Shown here piece by piece: positions 1-12,700 of a stretch of 48,692 nucleotides of DNA. The stretch is from Octopus bimaculoides. Lineage: Eukaryota. Where the stretch lies: contig NC_068994.1 in the NCBI RefSeq assembly GCF_001194135.2, positions 46,033,361 to 46,082,052 on the forward strand, given 5' to 3'. The translations under genes and the position numbers were made by a program. Numbering within the stretch: position 1 is the first letter of the stretch; the number at the start of each line of letters is the position of its first letter. The notes beneath the pieces were generated by a model. The model worked only from the letters and a program-made list of their open reading frames with translations, was not told the DNA's origin and ran no database searches.

Positions 1-88
1 TACGTATATATGTGTGTATGACAGCGTGTTGTATGCTTGTGTACATTTTAGTATTATACATCCACAGAGAGCACATATAAATAACTAA

Positions 89-157
<69 letters not shown>

Positions 158-624
158 TGTATGCTTATGCGCATAAAAATACGCCTATTTTATATATCGT
201 ATTTATCTGTATGATAATACGTATGCATATGTGTCTCTGTGCGCGTGTCTCAGTGCATGCGCACACGTGGCTAAGCGTGACTGCGTTTGCATATAGAAAT
301 TATGCATAAATATAATCGAATCCACACATATATATACAAAATATTAACGAATGATAAAGTACATGTGATAATAAGTTAAATCTTTTTTTTTTCTTTTTGA
401 AGTCTTATTTATTGATAGTTATCTTCTTTTTCACTCGAAATAAATTTGCCCGTCCACCCTCCCTACGCATACATACTGTCTCTTTCCCTATCTCTCTATC
501 TTTCTCTCTCTTTCTCTCTCTCCCCCTCTCTTCCTCCCTCTCCTTTTCGATCTGTGCTGCTCCTGTGCTTGACTCATCCATCTAGTGGTAAATAAAGAAC
601 CAATTATTCTCATCATCCTCATCG

Positions 625-665
<41 letters not shown>

Positions 666-668
<3 letters not shown>

Positions 669-805
669 TAGTTTTATTTTTATAACGTGCTTTCACTTCA
701 CTACCGAGCGCAGCTCTGTGTGCCATGCGTATGTGCTGTGGTTTGCTGTGATGCTCTTATGGTTACTGTATTGAAAGTGTTCTGCGTAGGATGTGTGAAG
801 TGCCC

Positions 806-810
<5 letters not shown>
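666..810 (-). mobile_element. Extreme 3' fragment of an R4/Dong-like (RLE) non-LTR retrotransposon: last ORF codons plus ~100 bp 3' UTR, embedded in (TAA)n
   Basis: Minus strand 810-763 translates ILGTSHILRRTLSIQ*, matching the (L)LGTA.ILR..L C-terminal motif of R4/Dong-type ORFs as I recall it. Pure (ATT)n tracts abut both ends (~628-665 and 808-860). Confidence 0.7.
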
Positions 811-865
<55 letters not shown>

Positions 866-1617
866 ATCATCATCATCATCATCATTACTATTTTGTTCAA
901 CACAACAGCAACACTGTAAAATGTGACAAAGTGTCAGCTGTCCACAACCTGAGGACTAAAGTAACACGAGTCATTTAGATTTCGAGATTTCTGCGAAGGA
1001 TTCGGGCAGTTCCAAGACAACATCAATGTGCAGCGTAAAGGAGTTGTATACCACAAACTCAGCTTTAACATGCACGGCCATGACCACACCTAACAGATCT
1101 TCTCTATTAATTTTAACTCTCAAATCTCTCATACTAACATATAAGAACTGACCAGCATACATTATAACATGAATTTCAAAATCCCCAGTCAGGGTTAAAC
1201 GCCTAAGCTCTATGTTCCTACCGATGACAGCTGTTGTTATTTAGGCCAAATCTGTCCTATTTGAGTAGATTTAGGGCCTCTACGTTATTAAGCCCATGAC
1301 TACGTCATCTTTTTTGTCAAACATCGTATTCAGTACATTATTCAACGTGTCCTGTTAAAAACGTTAATGTATGAATAACGAGATATATTTTGTTGCTGCC
1401 CCCCAGCATATCGAGAGACCCATGTAGGAGCTTCTTCATTTACATTATCGATAACAATTCTTTTGTCCATCATGGAATGCATAAAACGCAACATAGACAT
1501 CGGTGGTATTTCAAACTGGTAGATATATTTTTAACTATTTTTGTTTTTTTTTTTAGCGCAGAATGTTGACTCCGTCGAGAAATTAGTTTCTTTGCCAACA
1601 ATATGATTCACATTTTA

Positions 1618-1765
1618 AGGCGGTGATCTGTCAGGATCTGTAGTGCGTCGAACAAAACGTTTATGGACACTATTGGCTTCATACACGCTGACTTCAAATC
1701 CTGCCGTGGCTGGCTTTGTCATCCATCCTTTCGGGATCGATAAACAAAAGTATCAGATTGGTAGT
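1618..1765 (+). mobile_element. Degenerate SINE family A copy
   Basis: Decayed head aggcggtgatctgtcaggatc, B-box-like gacttcaaatcc, central catcctttcgggatcgataaa motif shared with other copies. Confidence 0.6.
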
Positions 1766-3054
1766 GCGACGTCGTGCAAAAAAATTTGTAACGTAGATAT
1801 TTCACTTTTCTGCTTATGATATTTACGGGTTATTTTGGGTTTTTATTTTATGTGGCTGCTGGATATGTATGGATGCATGTAAGCATACAAAAATATTTGC
1901 AGCTAAAGGTGATCAGAGATCAGATTACGCGAAATCTGTACTGATAATGGTTTATAATTTAGGTATAAAAAAAAAACAGGTAATGTTGAGGAACGGCGGT
2001 CGTAAGGTACTTAGTTGACTAATTGACCGGTTCTTTATTTCACCCACCCTGGATGGATGAAAATTAAACTGGCCTGGTAGTGACNNNNNNNNNNNNNNNN
2101 NNNNNNNNNNNNNNNNNNNNNNNNNNNNNNNNNNNNNNNNNNNNNNNNNNNNNNNNNNNNNNNNNNNNNNNNNNNNNNNNNNNNNNNNNNNNNNNNNNNN
2201 NNNNNNNNNNNNNNNNNNNNNNNNNNNNNNNNNNNNNNNNNNNNNNNNNNNNNNNNNNNNNNNNNNNNNNNNNNNNNNNNNNNNNNNNNNNNNNNNNNNN
2301 NNNNNNNNNNNNNNNNNNNNNNNNNNNNNNNNNNNNNNNNNNNNNNNNAGTAATGTCTTACCTAATGGCAACGCAAAGATCTACTGGAAAAAAAATAACC
2401 GACAACTAAAAATCGTGTGCATAAAAAAACATAAGTAAATAAATAAAAAAAGATAAAAGTAGCGCCACATTATTTATTGTATATGACAAAAGTTACACTA
2501 TATATCAATGTCGTGCTAATAAACTGACAGTGTAAATGGTGTGTAACTAAATTATCACGCCAGAGGACACCGAAACAGTTGGGAAAATTACAGCTGGTTT
2601 AGATATTTAATTGGAGCCATCGTTAGAGCGTTCTAGTTATCCGTCCATTTTGATTTGATTTTATATTCCATTTTTTAGCATGTATGATTTGTATGATTAG
2701 AATAATATACCTTTACTCCTGTAAAAATGAGCATTAACTGTGACACTTATAAGTATAGATATAGATAAGTTACTCTAAATGGTTATATCACTGTATAGAA
2801 ATGTTGGCATGGTATATATTTCCTGATGCATTCAGTAATAATGAAGCCTACGCTGTTTAATAAGAGCCTGTTAAAAATGACGGCCATTTTTATTATGTTG
2901 AAATCATGGTTTTAAAATAAGTTATACATTGTATCGTGTATTCCATGAAATGCAAGAATGATGAGACTGACATGCCTGGAATGCATTTGGTCATAGGTCT
3001 TCTTGGTCAGGACTAGATTTGTGTTAAACAGCAACAACACAAATGAATTCTACT

Positions 3055-3341
3055 AATTGCGGACTTGCCTGTCGTAAATGACAGATGAGAGTTACGCAAT
3101 TTCTTGGCGAACAACCTGCACCGATGATATGTTTATAGTGGTCAAATATATGCACTGTAAATTAGCTCACTCCCTCCATCAAACTGATATTGCCTGTACA
3201 GGTGCACAAATGGGCCATACGTTAGATGTTGAAATGATTGCAAATCAGCGTGAAATGAAGTGTTTTGCTCAAGAACACAAAACATCGCCTGATCCGGGAA
3301 TCGAACCCACAGCATTGCAACACGCTAACCACTATACCGCG
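3055..3341 (-). mobile_element. tRNA-headed SINE, family D
   Basis: Minus strand begins cgcggtatagtggttagcgtg...gggttcgattcc (A and B boxes). The body (tgtgcacctgt, ggagtgagct, tgcaggttgttc) is shared with 44870-45168. Confidence 0.65.
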
Positions 3342-3345
3342 CGCA

Positions 3346-3670
3346 TTTATCGATTATATCGACCCTAGTACGCAACTGGTACTTAATTTATCGACCCCGA
3401 AAGGATGAGAGGCAAAGTCGACCTCGTGCTAACGTTTCTTATTTCTTTATTACCCACAAGGGGCTAACCATAGAGGGGACAAACAAGGACACACAAAGGG
3501 ATTAAGTCAATTACATCGATCCCAGTGCGTAATTGGTACTTAATTTATCGACCCCGAAAGGATAAAAGGCAAAGTCGACCTCGGCGGAATTTGAACTCAG
3601 AACATAAAGACAGACGAAATACTGCTAAGCATTTCGCCCGGCGCGCTAACGATTCTGCCAGCTCACCACC
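3346..3670 (-). mobile_element. Dimeric SINE family A unit (two monomers, one internally deleted)
   Basis: Two copies of ctggtacttaatttatcgaccccgaaaggat...ggcaaagtcgacctc. A-box (tggcagaatcgttagc) and B-box (gagttcaaattcc) on the minus strand. Confidence 0.85.
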
Positions 3671-4370
3671 TTTAATAGTGAAAATCTGAAAGAATTGAAG
3701 ATATATACAGAGTAACATATTTCAAATGAACGACAGGAAACATGCAACCTCTGTAGCCACGACAATAACAGCTACTACTTGTAGTCGTGTAAGCGACATA
3801 TTATAGGGATTCAACGTGATTTAGATGATTCATGATAACAGATTTGGTGTATCATTAACTTCTTATGAACCTTCATAGGACACACTTAAGTCCAATGGAA
3901 AATCGAAACCTTTTGAAAAATTGCTTTTAAATATCAAAGCAGATTAAGGAATGTTATAAGAAATGACTGGATAAATTTCAACATCAGAAGAAATTAATTT
4001 CTACCGATACAAGTTGAATTACATTCTCTGAGATTGCCTTAACACAGCATTTGAAAACGAGAGGTTAATAAACATGGTATTGTTACAGAAAATACGGAAG
4101 AAATAGAGTCACTAATAGAGAATAGAAGTTTGGGATGATCATTTAAAATATGGAATGAACAATTTATGCCGAAAAGCAAGTTAAGTGAATACGAAGTAAC
4201 GAGATATATAATCATTGCCGAAAGAAATGCACATAAACTGTGATAAGTAGCTGCAACGCGTCTAATAAATGAAGAAACATGAACTGAAACTCTCAATAGT
4301 TCTTTCAAATTCCTTTAAGACACCACTTTATGGTATACCGAGCATCAGTTCATCCATGTCCCCCATGATC

Positions 4371-4432
<62 letters not shown>

Positions 4433-4453
4433 TAATAATAATAATAATAGTAG

Positions 4454-4540
<87 letters not shown>
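4371..4540. repeat. (AAT)n microsatellite
   Basis: Near-perfect AAT run; it explains the poly-N/I/L ORFs. Confidence 0.98.
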
Positions 4541-4706
4541 GTACCCTGCAATCGAGGTGGCTTGCAAGAATCGGCATTACTTGGAACTGCATGCATATTG
4601 CGTAAAGTACTGTCTGTCTAAGATCCTTGTTGTGACTTGACAGACAGTACAGAAACTCGGTAGACACAATGTCTTCAGTCAACATCACGATATTGTATAC
4701 TGTGCG
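4541..4706 (+). mobile_element. 3' fragment of an R4/Dong-like non-LTR retrotransposon in (TAA)n
   Basis: 4541-4621 translates VPCNRGGLQESALLGTACILRKVLSV* (LQ..ALLGTA.ILRKVL motif). An ~85 bp 3' UTR follows, then (AAT)n. The 5' end abuts (AAT)n directly. Confidence 0.75.
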
Positions 4707-4746
4707 ACGTTTTAAATAATAATAATGATAATAATANNNNNNNNNN

Positions 4747-4779
<33 letters not shown>

Positions 4780-4818
4780 TGATGATGATGATTATGATGA
4801 TTAATTAATTAATTAATT

Positions 4819-5339
4819 CCCTGCTCTTAACTGATTGGAAGTGCTATCATGTATATGTTTTGTCTTGGTATAAAAGATAGGCTACAGCAAATATTTTGCT
4901 CAATAACACAGATTTGCTTCTCAGTTATTTCACCTTCACCAGTTGAGCATGTCCTGTAGGGGCTGACGGTATGTACATCTCTGGTCAAGAGCAGAAGTAG
5001 TGGGGGAGCATCATAGCCACGTGTTGAGAGAAATTCTTTGGGGTTTAGATAATTCAAGTTTGGAAACCTGTGTGTTTCGTTCAACATCCTTAAACAACCT
5101 TTATTCAGGGACTCTTTTGAGCAGGATGGGCTACTCAACCTGAAACAGGTTCTATCTGGCCCCATCTGCAAGGTCATGCGCCATTTATCTTCATATAGAA
5201 TCACCATATTACGCATATATGTTTGTGATGCATGTGCCTAATGTACCCTTATCAGAGAAAGTACTCAGGATGGGTACACTGGCCTTCATATATTTGTACC
5301 CTCGTGTCACTTTGATAGCATGCGCTATTCTCTCACTCA
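4819..5339 (+). mobile_element. ~520 bp interspersed repeat, probably the long 3' UTR of another TAA-associated LINE
   Basis: The last ~250 bp align with 38858-39111 (tccttaaacaa..ttattcaggga...gtcactttgat..catgc...ctctcactca). Both copies end at the same ctctcactca followed by an AAT-like tail. Confidence 0.55.
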
Positions 5340-5711
5340 GTGATAATAGTAAGTAAGTATGCATCTGTGTGCGTGTATATATATATATATGCGTAATTTA
5401 TACATATATATTTATATATATATATATATATATATNNNNNNNNNNNNNNNNNNNNNNNNNNNNNNNNNNNNNNNNNNNNNNNNNNNNNNNNNNNNNNNNN
5501 NNNNNNNNNNNNNNNNNNNNNNNNNNNNNNNNNNNNNNNNNNNNNNNNNNNNNNNNNNNNNNNNNNNNNNNNNNNNNNNNNNNNNNNNNNNNNNNNNNNN
5601 NNNNNNNNNNNNNNNNNNNNNNNNNNNNNNNNNNNNNNNNNNNNNNNNNNNNNNNNNNNNNNNNNNNNNNNNNNNNNNNNNNNNNNNNNNNNNNNNNNNN
5701 NNNNNNNNNNN

Positions 5712-5777
<66 letters not shown>

Positions 5778-7604
5778 TTGCATATATATATGTATGCATG
5801 TATGCATATGTATATGTATATATCTATGTATGTGTATATATGGCATTTATTGACTGTAATTATGTGTCTTTGTGTCTACAATGTGCATGTTTATATCAGT
5901 GTTTAGAAATGCATATATAATATCTAAGAACATGTAAATATTGTGTGCTTTTTTGTGTCAGCGTGTGTTTAGCTCTATTAAATCTCTTATTACAGTGAAT
6001 GGTCTATTATACATAATGAATAAAGGCGACATAACGATTTTTCTCCACCACCATCAACATCATAATTCCCGTCGTTGCCATCATTGTCCCTTTTGTTATC
6101 ATAGCGATCATCATTACTCTGAGAAAAGTAAATACATTACATTCTAGAAATACTATTAATTGTGAGACACGCACATACACCTGTACACTTGAATTTATTA
6201 TCGAAAGCATGGGGCTTCGTAATACCAAGTCAGCTGTGAGTGTCAATTGTGTATCTGTTTTCACACGCCTGTGTATATGTATATGTATACAATGAAAAGA
6301 GAAAGAAAATGAAAATGCACTTGAAGTCTTTAAGAGCATTTATTTACATTTACATGAATGCTTTCACTGTACCATAATTATCAAAAGCAGTATGAGATGG
6401 AGAGACCTGCAGGCTTGCCATATTTGTGACCGTGATTAATAGGGGTTTTCAATAAATATAGGTCACGTGACAATTCTTCATATTTGGCAGTGCTAGTTGT
6501 CAACATAAAATAGCGTATCGAAAGACGCGTGATGTTGTGCTTGTTACAATCAAGACTTTCAGTGAACATAAAAGTCTATTCCAGATATCCAAAACTGGGA
6601 AAAAGAAACGAAAGCAACAAAGTTTAATAACAGGCTTATTTTCAAAATATGAAGAAATATCACGCAGACCTTTGTGTTAAACACGTCTATAAGCTTAGAT
6701 GAGATATATATCATACAACTTTCCATCTCACACACTATTGAAGGGAAATAGCTCTAATTCTTCCCACTTTTGCTATTTCTTGTTTTCTTTTTCTTTTCCC
6801 GGATTTTCAACCGTCTACATTTTATATCTACTTCTTTCTCGCTTTTTCTAGACTTTTCGCTCTTCCTTTTAGTTTGTTATACCACGTGGGCAGTGCCTAA
6901 AGAATGTGCTGAGACACCAGACGTGTTAAAAAATACTGTCTGGCATGATTTCATCGCATGAAATTAATAGTAGCACATAAAAACATATATTGTGTTTATC
7001 AAACAGGAAATTAGGACTTGCAGCTAATCTACTGATCTACTANNNNNNNNNNNNNNNNNNNNNNNNNNNNNNNNNNNNNNNNNNNNNNNNNNNNNNNNNN
7101 NNNNNNNNNNNNNNNNNNNNNNNNNNNNNNNNNNNNNNNNNNNNNNNNNNNNNNNNNNNNNNNNNNNNNNNNNNNNNNNNNNNNNNNNNNNNNNNNNNNN
7201 NNNNNNNNNNNNNNNNNNNNNNNNNNNNNNNNNNNNNNNNNNNNNNNNNNNNNNNNNNNNNNNNNNNNNNNNNNNNNNNNNNNNNNNNNNNNNNNNNNNN
7301 NNNNNNNNNNNNNNNNNNNNNNNNNNNNNNNNNNNNNNNNNNNNNNNNNNNNNNNNNNNNNNNNNNNNNNNNNNNNNNNNNNNNNNNNNNNNNNNNNNNN
7401 NNNNNNNNNNNNNNNNNNNNNNNNNNNNNNNNNNNNNNNNNNNNNNNNNNNNNNNNNNNNNNNNNNNNNNNNNNNNNNNNNNNNNNNNNNNNNNNNNNNN
7501 NNNNNNNNNNNNNNNNNNNNNNNNNNNNNNNNNNNNNNNNNNNNNNNNNNNNNNNNNNNNNNNNNNNNNNNNNNNNNNNTAGCAAATACTCACAGTTGAG
7601 TTTT

Positions 7605-7641
<37 letters not shown>

Positions 7642-7932
7642 ACTTTAAATAGAGCTCAAATAGATACTCCATGCATCGGTCAATCTAAGATGAGCGACGC
7701 TTGTTCAATGTGCCACGGAACTGATCAAACTTGAAATCGCGCCGTTGTGAAGCGAATATTTTTTTAATGACACAGAGACGTCTACATCCTAGACTATAAT
7801 ATATGTGTGTGTGTGAGTGTGTTTGTACACACACATATATATATGTATATGTATGTATGCACTTACATACCTACAAATAAATTAGTTTTTATGCAGTATA
7901 TACGCATATTTGCNNNNNNNNNNNNNNNNNNN

Positions 7933-7966
<34 letters not shown>

Positions 7967-8102
7967 TAGAGACAGACAGAGAGATAGATAGAAAGAAAGA
8001 CTGATTGATATATATGTTTACGTATTTCTATATGATTGTACATATTCATTTATATTTATATACACAAGTGTTATTTGCGTATATGCAGCGAAAGAGACAG
8101 AG

Positions 8103-8160
<58 letters not shown>

Positions 8161-9287
8161 TGTGTGTTTAGATCTGCATAAGGTGTTATAGTAATGAATG
8201 CTCTATTATACATAATGAATAGAGGCGACATATCATCGATTTCCAGATTTTACGTAATCTCATCACTATCATCATCATCATCGTCATCATCATCATACAC
8301 CAAAGTTCTATAATCACGTTATGTAAGTTACGTTAGATTCTAGAAGAACTATTACATAACACAACGCATACACAGACTTGTATGTGTATGTGTGTCTGTG
8401 TGCATGTGAGTACTCAAGTGTATGTGTCTGTATTGGTACCTATATGTATGTGTGTGTGTGTGTGTGTGTGTGTCTGTGTGTGTGTGAGAGAGAGAGAGAG
8501 AGNNNNNNNNNNNNNNNNNNNNNNNNNNNNNNNNNNNNNNNNNNNNNNNNNNNNNNNNNNNNNNNNNNNNNNNNNNNNNNNNNNNNNNNNNNNNNNNNNN
8601 NNNNNNNNNNNNNNNNNNNNNNNNNNNNNNNNNNNNNNNNNNNNNNNNNNNNNNNNNNNNNNNNNNNNNNNNNNNNNNNNNNNNNNNNNNNNNNNNNNNN
8701 NNNNNNNNNNNNNNNNNNNNNNNNNNNNNNNNNNNNNNNNNNNNNNNNNNNNNNNNNNNNNNNNNNNNNNNNNNNNNNNNNNNNNNNNNNNNNNNNNNNN
8801 NNNNNNNNNNNNNNNNNNNNNNNNNNNNNNNNNNNNNNNNNNNNNNNNNNNNNNNNNNNNNNNNNNNNNNNNNNNNNNNNNNNNNNNNNNNNNNNNNNNN
8901 NNNNNNNNNNNNNNNNNNNNNNNNNNNNNNNNNNNNNNNNNNNNNNNNNNNNNNNNNNNNNNNNNNNNNNNNNNNNNNNNNNNNNNNNNNNNNNNNNNNN
9001 NNNNNNNNNNNNNNNNNNNNNNNNNNNNNNNNNNNNNNNNNNNNNNNNNNNNNNNNNNNNNNNNNNNNNNNNNNNNNNNNNNNNNNNNNNNNNNNNNNNN
9101 NNNNNNNNNNNNNNNNNNNNNNNNNNNNNNNNNNNNNNNNNNNNNNNNNNNNNNNNNNNNNNNNNNNNNNNNNNNNNNNNNNNNNNNNNNNNNNNNNNNN
9201 NNNNNNNNNNNNNNNNNNNNNNNNNNNNNNNNNNNNNNNNNNNNNNNNNNNNNNNNNNNNNNNNNNNNNNNNNNNNNNNNNNNNNNN

Positions 9288-9318
<31 letters not shown>

Positions 9319-9382
9319 AATATATGCATCTATGTATATGTATGTATGTAAGTATAACATAAATGAATATACCTATATCTAT

Positions 9383-9392
9383 TTAGATAGAC

Positions 9393-9448
<56 letters not shown>
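9383..9448. repeat. (GATA)n microsatellite
   Basis: Direct reading. Confidence 0.97.
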
Positions 9449-10286
9449 TGAGATATATATATAGATATATATATGTTTATGCATCGATATACATTCATTT
9501 ATAAATATAATTTATATATGTGCATATATATTTGTCTATATAAATATGCGTGTGTATATATTTATTTGTGTGTGTGAGTGTGTGTGCGTGTGTATATGTA
9601 TGCGTGTATGTATGTGTGTGTATGTATGTGTGTGTTTGTATGTATGTGTGTGTATGTATGTATGTATGTGTGTGTATATGTATGTATGTATGTATGTATG
9701 TGCGTGTGTATATGTATATGTGTATGTGCGTCTATGTATGTATGTATGTATGTATGTATGTATGCGTTTGTGTATATAACGCGTCGTTTGATTAGCTTCA
9801 ATATCGTCTGCGGCATCTCAAAAACTATTGAAATGAATCAAAACTTTGTTATCAATGACTGACTGATTACATATACATATTTTAAATGTTTGTTATTTTT
9901 TCTTTTTATGATATATTTGTTTATATCGGAAACTTATTTGAATATTAAATACGACCATATCTCCATTGAATATATCACAGACTGTGTGAAGTACGGAAAC
10001 GAAAATAGTATCAGTTAAACGAAGAAATAATTGGAATACAATGGTACACGAGTTGTTACGCAACAAGAAATTCTATTATAGGCTGCGATGAGTATAATTA
10101 TTAGCAGTAAAAAACGCCGCAAAATACATTCAAATACTGACTGCAAAATTATTACAAAATACTTTGAATTATTGATCATATAAAGAGATATACAAGTTAG
10201 AAGAAAAAATACATTCAACTATTACTGACCAGAATGTCATACAAAATATTGTGAAATCCTGCCAGATGAGAAGATATAAGAGTTAT

Positions 10287-10482
10287 GTTGTTGTTGTTGT
10301 TGGCACTCCGTCGCTTACGACGTCGAGGGTTCCAGTTGATCCAGGAATCAATTGATACTTATTTTATCGACCCAGAAAGGCAAAGTCGACATCGTCGGAA
10401 TTTGAACTCGGAACACAAAGACGGATAAAATGACATCAAGCATTTTGCTTAGCGTACCAACGACTTTTAAACTCGCCACCTA
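10287..10482 (-). mobile_element. Chimeric SINE: family A head and body joined to the family C 3' tail with (AAC)n
   Basis: 10287-10342 reverse-complements to ggatcaactggaaccctcgacgtcgtaagcgacggagtgcc(aac)n, like 32278-32318. 10345-10482 is family A. Confidence 0.65.
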
Positions 10483-10944
10483 ACTTAGTTCTATAATATT
10501 ACATTCAATTTACTTATCATAGATGTAAAGGCATTTCTTATTATTGATTTTGGTACGCTAATTGTTTTGTCAATATCATCTGATTGACTGCTTATCAACT
10601 GTTATATTTACTCGTTTTATATATCAATTGAAGCTGTGCTGTACATTTAACTCATCATCACATAATATTTATATCGCAAATTAAGAGTTAAGATTTGAAA
10701 GTGTTACAGATTAAAATATATGGCTTCGGTGTAGCACATATTAAAATATATAATTTGAGAATATTATTCATTAAAATATATTTATTAAACAGAGTCACAA
10801 ATGAAGATTTATAACATAAAAAGACGAACTAAATCAATAAATTTTATTTATGTTTTCGCCATAAAAATATAAGATAGTTGAAAATTATTAATCTTTATCC
10901 AAACTTAGCTTTGCATATTTTTGATGTTTAGAAAGAAAAATACG

Positions 10945-12700
10945 ATTTGTACCAATCGTACGTTATCGTGTTCCCAGTTACATTGCTTTTCTACCAATCA
11001 CATATTATATTGTAAGGAATCGCATATTACACTTTTACCTAAAAATCATAGATTTTCTACTAATTGTACCAGTTAAGTTTTAATTCCTATCCCATAATCT
11101 CTAATTCTTTTCAGTTAACCGCTTTACTTATTTCATTTCTACAAATCGTAAATTACGTTTCTGTCAGCTTCACAACGAATCGCATAATACAATTCCACTT
11201 AAAAATCATAATTTTTTTTATTAATTATACTTATTAATCTTTAATTTCTATCAATTAACCTCTAATTTTTGCCAGTTAAGCAATTAACATATTTCTAGAC
11301 ATCGTATGTTACTTTTCTACTAATCACACATTGCATCAAAACGAATCGCACATTTTAATTCTACCTAACAGCCATACACTATCTTCTTAAGGTATTAATT
11401 AACCTTCATTTTCTACCATTTAATTTCATTTGACCTATTTCTACAAATCGAATATTACTTTTATACCAACTTCTCATTAACGTGTAACGCATTACATATT
11501 ACACTTCTACCTAACAATCTTTTCTACCAATTATACTGTTCATTTCTACCAGTTGGACACTTTTGCTTATTAGTTTACCATTTAACCTATTTCTACAGAT
11601 CGTATGTTGTATTTCTACCGGTCACACACTACGCTTAAAGGAATTCAAACATTACAATTCTAACTAACAATCATACAATTTCTACCAACTGTACATTGCA
11701 TTTCTACCAGCCAGTCTTTAGTTATATATCGACCAAGTATTATACTCTCTTCCAAAAGCACACTGGAAATATACCAATTGCACTCTTTTACTTGTTTCAG
11801 CCATTTGGTTGCGGCCATGCTGGAGCACCGCCTTTAGTCGAGTAAATCGACCCCAGGATTCTTTTGCCGAACCGCTAAGTTACGGGGACATAAACACACC
11901 ACCATTGGTTGTCAAGCGATGTTAGGAGGGACAAACACAGACACACAAACATATACACGCACATACATATATACATATACATACNNNNNNNNNNNNNNNN
12001 NNNNNNNNNNNNNNNNNNNNNNNNNNNNNNNNNNNNNNNNNNNNNNNNNNNNNNNNNNNNNNNNNNNNNNNNNNNNNNNNNNNNNNNNNNNNNNNNNNNN
12101 NNNNNNNNNNNNNNNNNNNNNNNNNNNNNNNNNNNNNNNNNNNNNNNNNNNNNNNNNNNNNNNNNNNNNNNNNNNNNNNNNNNNNNNNNNNNNNNNNNNN
12201 NNNNNNNNNNNNNNNNNNNNNNNNNNNNNNNNNNNNNNNNNNNNNNNNNNNNNNNNNNNNNNNNNNNNNNNNNNNNNNNNNNNNNNNNNNNNNNNNNNNN
12301 NNNNNNNNNNNNNNNNNNNNNNNNNNNNNNNNNNNNNNNNNNNNNNNNNNNNNNNNNNNNNNNNNNNNNNNNNNNNNNNNNNNNNNNNNNATATATATAT
12401 ATATATATAGGACGGTCTTCTTTCAGTTTCCACCTACCGAATCCACTCCGCGGTCAAGAAGAAAACAACTCCCCAAGGTCCCACAACCCGGAACAAAGTG
12501 GTCAGGAACCGTGTCTGCACCTTTATGCATATAATGAATATAATGCTAACATCTCTCAAATAATATTTAACCCAAAGTTATATAGGTCAATTTTCTACCA
12601 GTGGTAATAATTTCATCTATAGATCATATATTATACTATCCATCAATCGTACAGTGCGTTTCTACCAAACACAATAATGTTCATGGCATTTTGTGCCAAT
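10945..12700. repeat. Degenerate ~150-165 bp tandem array rich in ttctac(c)a, interrupted by a SINE and a gap
   Basis: gaatcgca(t/c)a-like motif at 11017, 11177, 11343, 11489, 11641. atttctac..atcg-like motif at 11135, 11291, 11437, 11589. ttctacca motifs resume at ~12590-12670. Confidence 0.7.
11785..12500 (-). mobile_element. SINE family B (contains an internal CA/TA microsatellite), spanning a gap
   Basis: cttgtttcagcc...gcggccatgctggagcacc...ccgaaccgctaagttacgggga...acacac, then after the gap cagtttcc..ctacc.aatccact. Shared with 21040-21325. Confidence 0.7.

Noticed and set aside
1407-1518. Possible plus-strand exon after ccccag, with two open frames
   Set aside because: The donor (GTAGAT) is poor and the peptide is unrecognisable.
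3290-3341. tRNA-like sequences here and at 32015, 34540, 34800, 40200 and 45130
   Set aside because: They have A/B boxes but no complete cloverleaf and continue into SINE bodies, so they are SINE heads rather than tRNA genes.
3078-3368. 96-aa ORF, and likewise 4827-5216, 21944-22183 and 38997-39251
   Set aside because: They lie within or antisense to interspersed repeats identified above.
9546-9862. ORFs rich in VC/YI/HT dipeptides here and at 22.7-25.3, 33.5 and 43.4-44.5 kb
   Set aside because: They are translations of (TG)n, (TA)n and (TATG)n microsatellites.
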